Assembly (NCBI GenBank): GCA_963801165.1
Contig: CAWDDT010000005.1
Location: 480,001-544,000 of the forward strand
Origin: an uncultured bacterium
GTDB lineage: Bacteria > Actinomycetota > Acidimicrobiia > Spongiisociales > UBA5794
Direction of reading: 5' to 3'
Length of the DNA stretch: 64,000 nucleotides
The notes beneath the pieces were generated by a model, which was not told where the DNA came from, made no database searches, and saw only the letters and a list, made by a program, of their open reading frames with translations. Below are positions 30,537-39,999 of the stretch, piece by piece (position 1 is the stretch's first letter; every line of letters starts with the position of its first letter). The position numbers were made by a program, and so were the translations under genes.

Positions 30537-31268
30537 TCAGCTGACTGCCCGATCGAAAAGCCATCCAACCCAATAGGCGATGACTCCGCCGATGCCGGCA
30601 ATGATGAGGTTCTCCAAACCCGCCTTCACCGTGTGGGTCTTGGTCACCACACTCTTAGCCGCACCGACGGCGAACAAGCCGATTGTGGTGAAGACACCGG
30701 CTACCGCCAGACCTGCCTGCGTGCTGCCGATCAGGGCGAAGGGAATCACCGAGGGAAGAGAGCCGCAGATGAAGGTGAAACCCGAGACCGTCATCGCGGC
30801 ATAGGGGGACCGCTCTTCGGAGTCGACGACGCCGAACTCCATCACCTTCATCGAAGCGAGGAGACGCTCGTCGTTCTCGGCAAATATGTCCACTGCGGCA
30901 TCGAGGTCGTCACCGTCCAGCGCCATCTCGGCGAGCATCTCCCTGAGTTGATCGACTTCCATCTGCCTGTGGTGACGGATGTGGTCTCGCTCGATCTTCA
31001 GTTCCCGGGCCAGCACCTCGGTTTGCGACTTGGTTGCCAGGAACTCGCCCGCCGCCATCGAGATCGCCCCGGCAATGGCACCCCCCACCGCAGTCAGCAG
31101 GACTTGCTTGGTGGTGAGTCCACCGCCGACGACGACGGCGACCAGCAGGATCATCGAAACGAGCCCATCGTTCACACCGAGGATGATGTCCCGCCAGTAC
31201 TGGCGGCTCGTCCCCACGTGCGGTTCGTACGGGGCTGGTTCTGCGGTTGCCGGTTCGTTGCCTGTCAT
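30537..31268 (-). CDS. VIT1/CCC1 family Fe/Mn transporter
   Basis: RDIILGVNDGLVS, AGAISMAAGEFL. Confidence 0.92.
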   Translation of the reverse strand: MTGNEPATAEPAPYEPHVGTSRQYWRDIILGVNDGLVSMILLVAVVVGGGLTTKQVLLTAVGGAIAGAISMAAGEFLATKSQTEVLARELKIERDHIRHHRQMEVDQLREMLAEMALDGDDLDAAVDIFAENDERLLASMKVMEFGVVDSEERSPYAAMTVSGFTFICGSLPSVIPFALIGSTQAGLAVAGVFTTIGLFAVGAAKSVVTKTHTVKAGLENLIIAGIGGVIAYWVGWLFDRAVS

Positions 31269-31331
31269 CGGTTTCGAAGGTTACCTCGACTGAGGGATGG
31301 CATTCCGTGGGCAGTCGGAGCGAAGTCACCC

Positions 31332-31389
31332 CCGACTAGAAACCACTTCCGACTAGAAACCACTTCCGACTAGAAATCACTTCCGACTA
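31332..31389. repeat. 17-bp x3.4 intergenic tandem repeat
   Basis: CCGACTAGAAACCACTT x2, CCGACTAGAAATCACTT, CCGACTA. Confidence 0.9.
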
Positions 31390-31519
31390 TCAGACTGAGA
31401 GCCGGTGCGCCGCCGGAACGTTACCCGGGTTTCCGTCGTGGCGGTAGGTGATGTCGCCGCCCATCATCCTCGCCGGCTGCCGGCTCGCCGTGAGGCCGAG
31501 ACCAACAGCTAGGGCCGAT

Positions 31520-31536
31520 TCTCAGTGGATTCTTAG
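31520..31536 (+). promoter_or_regulatory. MprA-like (OmpR family) direct-repeat box
   Basis: TCTCAG-N5-TCTTAG, 80 bp upstream of the secreted protein at 31617. Confidence 0.5.
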
Positions 31537-31616
31537 ACACATGACGGCGCCGGGCAAATACGATGTCTGGATATCAATGTCTCGATGTCAGTTGTCGCCG
31601 TGAAAGGACCGACTGA

Positions 31617-32534
31617 ATGAACATGAAGAATTTCCGAACCGGCGTGGCCGCGTCCGTTGGCGGCGCCGTTTTGCTCGGGGGCCTGCTGGTGGGGGCTTCA
31701 ATTGCGCGAGCCGACAACAGCCCCGGGACGACACAGACCACACCGAATCACATTTCCGACAGCCGAACCGGCGACTCCGCTCATTTCCATGGAATAGGCG
31801 TCCATGGGATAGGCGCCACCATTGACGAGCTGGCCAACGAGCTCGGGTTGAGCGTCGATGAGCTCAGACAAAAGCTCGGCGACGGCGCGACTCTCAAGGA
31901 GTTGGCCGATGCAGCCGGTGTCGACGTCGACACCGTGATTGCGAACGTCAAGGACCGTCTCGAGGCCACGCTCGACGACGAAGTCACGGCGGGGCATCTC
32001 AGCCAGGAACAGGCAGACGCGATCAAGGCGAAGATCGATTCGCTCGATCTCGGCAACCTGTCGCTTGCAGGTCTCCGTGGTCAGTTGCGGGACGGTGGGA
32101 GCCTTGGCCTTCCTTTCCTCGGACGCCACGGCGATTGGCTGGGCGACCTGAACCTCGGCATTGATCTCGACCAGCTGCGCGCAAAGCTCGATTCGGGGCT
32201 GAGTCTGAAAGAGGCGCTGACCGAGTTGGGTGTCGACGTCGACTCGGTGGTCGCGCAGATGAAGCAGTCGGCGCTCGACAAGATCGATCAGATGGTCAAG
32301 GACGGCACCATCACCCAGGACCGCGCCGATGAGCTCGAGCAGATGGTCGAGAATTTCGATCTCGGTGACCGGCTGCCGCTTGGCCCGGGTGCCCATCTCG
32401 ACCCCGGAACACTCGGACCGCGGGGACACATGCAGCACGGACCGCAAGCAAATGGCCCCCAGTTCTTCAACAGAGATCGGGGTTCGGACAACCCAGCCGG
32501 TAGTGGGGACCCAGCCGGTAGTGGGGAAGTCTGA
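31617..32534 (+). CDS. Secreted alpha-helical protein with two internal repeats
   Basis: Signal peptide ending ARA; two copies of LGx(S/D)xDxLRxKLxxGx(T/S)LKE...GVDVD...G.(L/I)(S/T)QxxAD. Confidence 0.8.
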   Translation: MNMKNFRTGVAASVGGAVLLGGLLVGASIARADNSPGTTQTTPNHISDSRTGDSAHFHGIGVHGIGATIDELANELGLSVDELRQKLGDGATLKELADAAGVDVDTVIANVKDRLEATLDDEVTAGHLSQEQADAIKAKIDSLDLGNLSLAGLRGQLRDGGSLGLPFLGRHGDWLGDLNLGIDLDQLRAKLDSGLSLKEALTELGVDVDSVVAQMKQSALDKIDQMVKDGTITQDRADELEQMVENFDLGDRLPLGPGAHLDPGTLGPRGHMQHGPQANGPQFFNRDRGSDNPAGSGDPAGSGEV

Positions 32535-32578
32535 TACCTCCGCAGGCGCATTCCCGATTGATCGGCCAGACCGACCGA

Positions 32579-32998
32579 TCAGTCGGTTCCGACCGGGTAA
32601 TCCGCGTATAGGACCGGGCCCGGCTCGGCTTTGGACATCTCCTGGGCGACCTCCGCCGGCACCGGGCGGTTGGCCGTGTCCACGTGGATGATCTGAGGTG
32701 TGAAATCATCTAGCTCGTCCTCGTCGTAGTCGGCATAGGTGATGATGATCACACGGTCGCCGGGGGACACGAGCCGGGCCGCGGCTCCGTTCAAACAGAC
32801 GTCACCCGGTCCGCCCGGGATGGCGTAGGTGACGAGACGGTTGCCGTTGTCGATGTCGAGGACGTGTACTTGCTCCATTTCACGTATGTCGGCAAGCTTC
32901 ATCAGGTCGCCATCGAGGGTGATAGATCCGACATAGTTCAGGTCGGCGTCGGTAACAGTCGCCCTGTGGATCTTCGATTTCATCATGCGTCGCCGCAC
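32579..32998 (-). CDS. panD: Aspartate 1-decarboxylase
   Basis: KSKIHRATVT, YVG-SIT cleavage site, NGNRLVTY, CLNGAAAR. Confidence 0.95.
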   Translation of the reverse strand: MRRRMMKSKIHRATVTDADLNYVGSITLDGDLMKLADIREMEQVHVLDIDNGNRLVTYAIPGGPGDVCLNGAAARLVSPGDRVIIITYADYDEDELDDFTPQIIHVDTANRPVPAEVAQEMSKAEPGPVLYADYPVGTD

Positions 32999-33091
32999 GG
33001 TTGCTCCTTTGCTTGACGCCGCCCGAGCGGTCGCCGTACGTTCACCGGTTGCAGGATAGTTGCACCAGGTACAACCCGGCTAGGGGGTTTT

Positions 33092-33147
33092 CTATTCGTT
33101 TGAGCCCGACCTATTCGTTTGACCCGACAAATTCGTCTGACCCCAAC
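33092..33147. repeat. Degenerate 18-19-bp x3 direct repeat between divergent panD and B12 operon
   Basis: CTATTCGTTTGAGCCCGAC, CTATTCGTTTGACCCGAC, AAATTCGTCTGACCCCAAC. Confidence 0.75.
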
Positions 33148-33211
33148 AAAGGAAGAGAGTTTCGGTCGATGGCCCGTTGGCGGTAATGTGAATGTCGCTC
33201 TTCGCAAAGAA

Positions 33212-33335
33212 GAGGTTCCGGCGTTCAGCGAAGTCCGGTGAGAACCCGGCGCTGTCCCGCAGCTGTGAAGCCTTTGGCGGCCGCAACAAACGGTCCGAGA
33301 AGGATCAGCCAGATCGCCTGGTCACCGGAACCGGT
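33212..33335 (+). ncRNA. Cobalamin riboswitch
   Basis: GGTTCCGG...CCGGAACC closing stem; core GCGAAGTCCGGTGAGAACCCGGCGCTGTCCCGCAGCTGTGA; B12-box-like AGCCAGATCGCCTG; downstream SD-sequestering hairpin at 33390-33411. Confidence 0.88.
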
Positions 33336-33415
33336 TAGAGACCTCGGATGAAGGTTGATCCCGGTGCCAGAACCTCGGGCTCCTCGCTTCATCCTCCTGA
33401 ATGGGAGGATGTTTT

Positions 33416-34915
33416 ATGGAACGGCTCTCCAGCCACCCACCGCGCTGGGCGGCTCTCTCTCTACTGATCTCCGTCCTGGCGATTCTGCTCACGCCGATCC
33501 CGGCGTCGGCTGCGGTCGATCCGGATTCGGCACCGGCGCGAGCGGCAGAATGGATTGCGAGGGACTATCAGGCTCCCGATTCTGAGATAGCGCTATACGG
33601 GACGGGAGTTCTGATCGACGCCCTTGTCTCGCTCGCTGCTACCGGAACCGAGTCGGGCGTGGCGCTTGACATGCTCGACGAGTTGCGCACGGTGGCCGGT
33701 GACTACGTGGGAGGCGGTGATTCGTTCAGCGTGGGAGCGGCCGGAAAGGTGATCCACGTGCTCGAGGTCTACGGCGAGGACGTGGCCACGTTCGTTGGCT
33801 CCGACATCGAGGCTGAGCTGCGTTCCACAATGCAGACGTCCGGTGACGAAGCCGGCCGGTTTGGTGAGGCGACCGTCTTCGAACAGGCGACGGTGGTCCT
33901 GGGGTTGGCGACCACCCCCGACGGTGTGCCCGCAGACGCGGTGACGTATCTCGCGTCGCAGCAATGTCCCGGCGGCGAGTTCACCTACGACGGCTCTTGC
34001 CCCGGCCCCGGTGACGCCGATACCACCGGTATCGCAGCCGTGGCGTTGATCGCAGGTGGCGATACGACGACAGCGGCAACGTCGGTCTCCTGGTTGCTGT
34101 CGTTGCAGCTCGGCGATGGATCGATCCCCGGGTACGGCACCCCCAACAGCAACTCGACGGCCGCCGGTGCCCAGGCGTTTGTGGCTGCCGGTGAGACCAC
34201 AGCGGCAGCCGCCGCGGCGACCTTTCTCGCGTCGATGCAGTTCCCCGCGACTGCCGATCCCGCCGACGCCGGCGGTCTGAGATGGATCGCAGGGGATGCG
34301 GCAGCAAACACCTTTGCGACGGTGCAGGGCGTCTGGGGGATGGGCGTCCCCGCTCTGTTCGACATCTCCGCCCCGATGTTTGAGTTCACCGACACAGCCG
34401 GTTCTGTCTTCCCGCGTGAGATCAAGTGGATTGCCGCTGCCGGCGTCACAATGGGGTGCAATCCGCCCACGGACGACAGGTTCTGTCCGGACGATCCGGT
34501 GACTCGAGGCCAGATGGCGGCGTTCTTGAGCCGGGCGCTGGACCTGCCGGCGGCGTCCGGGTCGGGTTTCACCGACATCGCCACCAGTACGTTTGAGGGC
34601 GATATAGAGGCGATCGCCGGAGCGGGGATCACCAAAGGGTGCAACCCACCGGCGAACGACATGTTTTGCCCCGACCAGATCGTCACCCGCGGCGAGATGG
34701 CGGCGTTCCTCAACCGGGCATTTGCGCTCCCCGCGGGCTCCGGGTCGGGGTTTGTCGATGTCACCGGGAACGTGTTTGCCGGCGATATAGAGGCAATCGC
34801 TGCGGCCGGGGTCACCAGGGGCTGCAACCCGCCGGTCAACGACATGTATTGCCCCTACCAGCCGGTGACACGCGGTCAGATGGCGGCGTTCATATATCGA
34901 GCGATGCACGGGTAG
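33416..34915 (+). CDS. Secreted prenyltransferase/squalene-oxidase-repeat (alpha-barrel) protein with three C-terminal SLH domains; putative B12 capture protein
   Basis: Signal peptide (PASA); AVTYLASQQCPGGEF, DADTTGIA, WLLSLQLGDGS, NSNSTA repeats; 3x F.D...GCNPP..D.(F/Y)CP...VTRG(Q/E)MAAF. Confidence 0.78.
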   Translation: MERLSSHPPRWAALSLLISVLAILLTPIPASAAVDPDSAPARAAEWIARDYQAPDSEIALYGTGVLIDALVSLAATGTESGVALDMLDELRTVAGDYVGGGDSFSVGAAGKVIHVLEVYGEDVATFVGSDIEAELRSTMQTSGDEAGRFGEATVFEQATVVLGLATTPDGVPADAVTYLASQQCPGGEFTYDGSCPGPGDADTTGIAAVALIAGGDTTTAATSVSWLLSLQLGDGSIPGYGTPNSNSTAAGAQAFVAAGETTAAAAAATFLASMQFPATADPADAGGLRWIAGDAAANTFATVQGVWGMGVPALFDISAPMFEFTDTAGSVFPREIKWIAAAGVTMGCNPPTDDRFCPDDPVTRGQMAAFLSRALDLPAASGSGFTDIATSTFEGDIEAIAGAGITKGCNPPANDMFCPDQIVTRGEMAAFLNRAFALPAGSGSGFVDVTGNVFAGDIEAIAAAGVTRGCNPPVNDMYCPYQPVTRGQMAAFIYRAMHG

Positions 34916-34921
34916 GGAACG

Positions 34922-35842
34922 ATGACGCAGCGGCGAGCGATGCGACGATGGGTGGCTACGGCGCTGGTGTTGCTCGTGTCGTGGCTGCCGTCCGGGGTGG
35001 CCCGGGCCGGGGAAGCGTGTCCCGATGCCGCAAGTGGTGTGACGGTCGTCGTCGACTTCCGTGACGCCGGTGGCGGTATCCAGGTGGGATGCGCCCCCGG
35101 CGTTCCTTCGTCCGGGTTTGCCGCGCTCCAGGCCGCCGGGTTCACCATCACGGAAGTTCAGGGAACGCCGGGGTTCCTGTGCAAGATCAATGGGCTTCCC
35201 GGCGACGAGGACTGCGTAGGAACGCCGCCCGCCGACGCCTTTTGGTCTTACTGGTCGGCGTCACGGGGCGGGTCGTGGTCCTACAGCATCGTCGGTGGTT
35301 CCACACGGACTCCGGCGGCGGGGACCGTGGACGGCTGGTCGTTCGGGTCCGGCACGGCACCGGGTATCGACCCGCCAGGCGAGGCGCCACCGGCTACAAC
35401 AACGACGACAACCACGACAACGACGACAACCACGACAACGACTACGACCACAACGACAACGACCACCGTCCCGCCGACCACTACAACAACGGCCGTCGCC
35501 CCCACCACGACGGCAGCCCCGGTGACCACCACTTCGTCGACAGCACCGCCGGCGACGACCGCCCCGGTCGCCCCGACGACCGTTGCGAAGGGCGCCACCG
35601 TCGCGTCGGCCGCGACCCCGACCACCACACCGCCAACTACGACGTCCGCCACATCGGTCGCGCCGGCGGCGGCCACGGGGACAACCGCGACGGCAACGAC
35701 GGTTGCGGCTGCGGCCCCGAGGACCAACGACGAGGGTGGCTCCGGGTCGGGAGCATCGACCGTCGTCGCCCTCGCCGCCCTGGCCGGGATCGGCATGGCT
35801 GGAACCGGTATTGCGATACGCCGCAGAGGGACACACCGATGA
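34922..35842 (+). CDS. Exported SCO2322-like protein with Thr-rich stalk and C-terminal membrane anchor
   Basis: GVTVVVDF, SGFAALQAAGF, FLCKINGLP, FWSYWSA, GTVDGWSFG; poly-Thr tract; C-terminal TM plus RRR. Confidence 0.75.
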   Translation: MTQRRAMRRWVATALVLLVSWLPSGVARAGEACPDAASGVTVVVDFRDAGGGIQVGCAPGVPSSGFAALQAAGFTITEVQGTPGFLCKINGLPGDEDCVGTPPADAFWSYWSASRGGSWSYSIVGGSTRTPAAGTVDGWSFGSGTAPGIDPPGEAPPATTTTTTTTTTTTTTTTTTTTTTTTVPPTTTTTAVAPTTTAAPVTTTSSTAPPATTAPVAPTTVAKGATVASAATPTTTPPTTTSATSVAPAAATGTTATATTVAAAAPRTNDEGGSGSGASTVVALAALAGIGMAGTGIAIRRRGTHR

Positions 35843-36909
35843 GCCGGCCGCTCCGTCGTCTTCATCCCGGTGCCTGGTGGTTGTGGGCGCTATTCCTTGC
35901 CGCGGCGGCCTCACGGACGACGGACCTGCTTCTGCTGGCACTGCTCGTCGCCGTTGCCTGGTTCATGGTGATAGTCCGCGGCGGGCAGGGGAGCACCCGG
36001 ACATTCCGCATCTACCTGTTTGTCGCCTTGTTCGTTCTGGTGCTCCGGGTGGCCTTCCGGGTGCTTGTCGGTGGCGACGCCGCCGGCGACGTGCTGTTCC
36101 GGCTCCCGCAAATATCGTTGCCCTCCTGGGCGGTCGGTATCCGGCTCGGCGGGCCGGTAACCACTCGCGAGCTCACCGGCGGTGTCGCCGACGGAGCGCG
36201 CCTGGCAACGCTTATCGTCTGTGTCGGTGCCGCCAACGCACTCGCCGACCCGAGACGGCTTCTCCGGTCGTTACCGCTGGCGCTGCATTCTGTGGGAACG
36301 GCGGTAGTGGTTGCCATCGGTCTGGTACCGCAACTGATCGCCAGCGCACTCCGGGTGCACCGGGCGTCGTCGCTCCGGGCGGTCAAGAGCCGCCGTCTCC
36401 GCTTGCGCCGCACCGTATCCCCGGTCATCGACGACGCCCTCGATAGGACGCTGGCGCTGGCAGTAGCGATGGAGGTGCGGGGGTTCGGCAGACCGCTCGG
36501 GCCCGGGCACCGTCGCATTTTCGCACTCACCGCGGCCGGGCTGCTGGCAGTGGCAACCGGGCTCTATCTCGTCCTGGACGGAACGACCACCGCGGGTACC
36601 GCGCTGGTTGTGGCGGGGATGGCGGCGAGTCTGGCCGGTCTGCGCTTCGCCGGGCGCCGCCGGTCTGTGACCGTCTATCGGCCAGAGCCCTGGCTGGCCT
36701 CCGAGTGGGTGGTGGCGGCAACGGGCCTGCTGGTCCTGGTGGTCGTGCTTGCCGCCGGCCGGACCAACCCGGCAGCGCTGCATCCAATCGGGGTGCCGTC
36801 CCCACCGCTCCCCGTCACGATCGCCATCGTCGCCGCGGCTCTCCCCGCCTGGTTTGCGCCCCGTGAAGCCGGGGGACCGCTCCGTCCCACCAGATTGCAG
36901 ACGTCATGA
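35839..36909 (+). CDS. ECF transporter T component
   Basis: LHPGAWWLWAL, ANALADPRRLLRSLP, AMEVRGFG. Confidence 0.88.
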   Translation: MSRPLRRLHPGAWWLWALFLAAAASRTTDLLLLALLVAVAWFMVIVRGGQGSTRTFRIYLFVALFVLVLRVAFRVLVGGDAAGDVLFRLPQISLPSWAVGIRLGGPVTTRELTGGVADGARLATLIVCVGAANALADPRRLLRSLPLALHSVGTAVVVAIGLVPQLIASALRVHRASSLRAVKSRRLRLRRTVSPVIDDALDRTLALAVAMEVRGFGRPLGPGHRRIFALTAAGLLAVATGLYLVLDGTTTAGTALVVAGMAASLAGLRFAGRRRSVTVYRPEPWLASEWVVAATGLLVLVVVLAAGRTNPAALHPIGVPSPPLPVTIAIVAAALPAWFAPREAGGPLRPTRLQTS

Positions 36910-38477
36910 CCGAATTCACCGAGATGATCGAATTCACCGAGTTCACGCTCACCTACCCGGACGCCGCCGCACCCGTGCTCCGCAAGGTGAGCCTGACAAT
37001 CGAGGAGGGGATGCTCTGTCTGGTTACCGGAGCCACCGGCGCCGGCAAGACGTCGCTTCTCGCCGCCATCAACGGGCTGGTACCTCATTTCACCGGGGGC
37101 ACCGTGTCCGGATCGGTCGTGGTCGGTGGCCGTGACACCAGGGTCACCCATCCTGCGGCGATGGCCGATCTTGTCGGATACGTCGGGCAGGACCCGGCTC
37201 GCGGCTTTGTCACAGAGACCGTCGAGTACGAGCTTGCCTACGGCATGGAGCAGGCGGGTGTTGACCGATCCACCATGCGCGCCCGCGTGGAGGAGACCCT
37301 CGATCTGCTTGGCATCGCCCACCTCCGCCAGATGCCGGTCACGGCACTCTCGGGTGGGGAGCAGCAAAGGGTCGCCATCGGGTCGGTGCTGACGGTGCAT
37401 CCGCGGGTGCTGGTGCTCGACGAGCCGACCTCGGCGCTCGATCCGGGTGCGGCCGAGGAGGTTCTTGCCGCTGTGACCCGGCTGGTTCACGATCTCGGGC
37501 TCACCGTGGTGGTAGCCGAGCATCGGCTGGAGCGGATCATCCACTACGCCGATCAGGTGGTCGTTGTCAACGCGGACGGCACGGTGACGTCGGGGGAGCC
37601 ACGCGACACCATCGCGACGAGTGAGCTCGTCCCACCGGTCGTCGAGCTAGGACGGATAGCCGGATGGGACGTCGTGCCGCTGTCGGTGCGTGAGGGGCGC
37701 AGGCGAGCTGCCGATCTGCGCAGCCGGGTGGCTGCACCACTATCGAGACCTCCCGTCGTCGGGCACGCGGCGGTATCGGCGAAGCGGCTCTCCGTGACCT
37801 ACGGCCCGGTGGTCGCCGTTCGCGATCTGACCGTCGAGCTGAACCGGGGCGAGGTGTGCGTCGTGATGGGTCGCAACGGGTCCGGGAAATCCTCACTGTT
37901 CTGGGCGCTGCAAGGTGCTCTCGTGCCCGACCAGGGATCGGTTGATCGCACCGGCGTAGTGGGGTTGGTGCCGCAGACACCCGGCGACCTGTTGTTTCTG
38001 TCCTCGGTCGCCGGGGAGTGCGCTCAAGCCGACCAGGACGGTGACCTCGCACCGGGAACCTGCAAGGCGGTGCTCGACGAGCTCGTTCCCGGCATCGCAG
38101 GCGATACCCATCCGGGCGATCTGTCGGAGGGTCAGCGGCTGGCGCTCGTACTCGCCACGCAGCTCGTGACCCAGCCCGACGCCGTATTGCTCGATGAGCC
38201 AACCCGCGGCCTCGATTACGCCTCCAAGAGGAATCTTGTCGCGGTGTTGCAGCGGCTTGCCACCGAGGACCGGGCGGTGGTGTTGTCGACCCACGACGTC
38301 GAGTTCGCTGCTCTTGTTGCCGACCGGGTGGTGGTGATGGCGGAAGGCGAGATCGTCAGCGACGGCAGTGCGGTCGACGTGCTCACTGCGACGCCGCTGT
38401 TCGCTCCGCAGGTGGCCAAGGTGATGGCACCGCTGCCGTTCCTGACCGTCTCCGAGGTCATCGAGGCGATCGCATGA
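36906..38477 (+). CDS. ECF transporter dual-domain ATPase
   Basis: GATGAGKT/LSGGEQQR/LDEPT and GRNGSGKS/LSEGQR/LDEPTRGLD. Confidence 0.92.
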   Translation: MTEFTEMIEFTEFTLTYPDAAAPVLRKVSLTIEEGMLCLVTGATGAGKTSLLAAINGLVPHFTGGTVSGSVVVGGRDTRVTHPAAMADLVGYVGQDPARGFVTETVEYELAYGMEQAGVDRSTMRARVEETLDLLGIAHLRQMPVTALSGGEQQRVAIGSVLTVHPRVLVLDEPTSALDPGAAEEVLAAVTRLVHDLGLTVVVAEHRLERIIHYADQVVVVNADGTVTSGEPRDTIATSELVPPVVELGRIAGWDVVPLSVREGRRRAADLRSRVAAPLSRPPVVGHAAVSAKRLSVTYGPVVAVRDLTVELNRGEVCVVMGRNGSGKSSLFWALQGALVPDQGSVDRTGVVGLVPQTPGDLLFLSSVAGECAQADQDGDLAPGTCKAVLDELVPGIAGDTHPGDLSEGQRLALVLATQLVTQPDAVLLDEPTRGLDYASKRNLVAVLQRLATEDRAVVLSTHDVEFAALVADRVVVMAEGEIVSDGSAVDVLTATPLFAPQVAKVMAPLPFLTVSEVIEAIA

Positions 38478-39283
38478 GAAGCCGTGCCCTTGCCGTGGTT
38501 GGTCTGATCTCGGTGATCGGGCTGATGGGCTTTCTCTGGCCGCTCCTCGTGCAGCCCGACAGCACCCTCGCCCACAACGACGACGCCCCAATGCTGTTTG
38601 CAGTCATGCTGCCGTTGTTGCTGGCGGTGGTCCTGGCCGAGTTGTCGGACGGGGTGATGGACTCCAAGCGGGTTGCCATGCTCGGTGTGCTCGCCGCGCT
38701 CGGTGCAGTGCTGCGCCCGCTCGGGGCCGGGACCGGCGGGATCGAGCTGGTGTTTATCCCGATCATCCTCGGCGGTCGTGCGTTCGGCCCGTCGTTCGGG
38801 TTCGTGCTCGGCTCGATCACACTTTTTGCGTCGGCGCTGCTCACCGCAGGAGTCGGGCCCTGGCTGCCGTTCCAGATGCTCGCTGCCGCCTGGATGGGCA
38901 TGGGTGCCGGTCTGCTGCCGAAGCGTCTCGCCGGTCGTACGGAGATCGTCGTTCTCGCCGCCTACGGGGCGATAGCGGCACTCGCCTTCGGGTTGGTGAT
39001 GAACATGTACTTCTGGCCGTTCGCCGTCGGCAGCGACACGGCCATCTCAATGCAGGCCGGCGCCGCGGTATGGGACAACCTGCGCCGCTTCTTCGCTTAC
39101 CACCTGGCGACGTCCCTCGGCTGGGACGTCGGTCGCGCAATCACCAACGTGGTGGCGATCAGCCTGATCGGCCGTGGCGTCCTGATCGCCCTGAAACGAA
39201 CGGCCCGCCGCGCCGCCTTCGACTACCAACCCGGCCCACTTTCGGCGTCCAATGCGGCCGCAATTGGCCGGAACGGACACTAG
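38474..39283 (+). CDS. ECF transporter S component (CbrT-like, cobalamin)
   Basis: VAMLGVLAAL, GRAFGPSFGF, GVGPWLPFQM, SLGWDVGRA; lies in a riboswitch-headed operon. Confidence 0.85.
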   Translation: MRSRALAVVGLISVIGLMGFLWPLLVQPDSTLAHNDDAPMLFAVMLPLLLAVVLAELSDGVMDSKRVAMLGVLAALGAVLRPLGAGTGGIELVFIPIILGGRAFGPSFGFVLGSITLFASALLTAGVGPWLPFQMLAAAWMGMGAGLLPKRLAGRTEIVVLAAYGAIAALAFGLVMNMYFWPFAVGSDTAISMQAGAAVWDNLRRFFAYHLATSLGWDVGRAITNVVAISLIGRGVLIALKRTARRAAFDYQPGPLSASNAAAIGRNGH

Positions 39284-39288
39284 GTCGG

Positions 39289-39942
39289 TTAGGAGCGGTC
39301 GCGGCTGACCAGGGCCATCATCAGGACCACGGCACCCAGCGCTGCCGAGCATGCCACCCAGAGAGGCGAGATCTGCGTGGTTCGCTCCGGGCTGGGGGCG
39401 AGCGCCATGTAGGCAGGGGCCGCCCGTGGGGCCGGAGCCGCCGAGGTGACGACCACGTCGATTGCCACCGCGGCGGTTGATGGTGGTACGTGGGTGATCT
39501 CCTGCTCGAGGGACGGCGGGTCGATACCCACGTACAGCGCCCCACCGTTGAGGTCGCCAAACCCGGTAGTGCATGGGTCATTGCAGACGACAACCTGATA
39601 CTCACCCGCCGGGGTCTCGGCCGGAATCGTGGCTTGCACAGACACCTCGGCATTCTTCCCAGACGCATCGATGCTGAGCTCGCCGAGCGGCACGTCTGTC
39701 GCAGTCCCACCGGTTGCGGTCGAAGTGATCTCTCCGTAGCCGGTGCCGATCAGATACACGTAGAACGGCCCGTCCTCCACCCAACCGAACGCTCCCTGCG
39801 AGACATGGGCGCTCAGCTCGATCTCTTCGCCCGCGTCGACCCGGACCCGGCTCGGCTCGAGCTGGGCACCGCCTGCATAGGCGGGAGCGGCAATGGCAAC
39901 CGCCGCCACCGCGAGTGCGGATATGCTGAAGAATCGACGCAA
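39289..39942 (-). CDS. Exported protein with Ig-like domain and C-terminal TM anchor
   Basis: Signal peptide (PAYA), PAETPAGEYQVVVCNDPC, hydrophobic C-terminus. Confidence 0.7.
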   Translation of the reverse strand: MRRFFSISALAVAAVAIAAPAYAGGAQLEPSRVRVDAGEEIELSAHVSQGAFGWVEDGPFYVYLIGTGYGEITSTATGGTATDVPLGELSIDASGKNAEVSVQATIPAETPAGEYQVVVCNDPCTTGFGDLNGGALYVGIDPPSLEQEITHVPPSTAAVAIDVVVTSAAPAPRAAPAYMALAPSPERTTQISPLWVACSAALGAVVLMMALVSRDRS

Positions 39943-39999
39943 GAGGAACCACCTTTGCCTGACTCCGCCCGAGGCTAATTTGGTCCGGGGATTAAGTGA

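Noticed and set aside
31332-31389. Possible mini CRISPR array
   Set aside because: Repeats are contiguous 17-mers without spacers, and there are no cas genes in the window.
35089-35838. 606-aa ORF suggesting an N-terminally extended EcfT
   Set aside because: The extension is an off-frame reading of the Thr-rich gene. The real start is the ATGA overlap at 35839.
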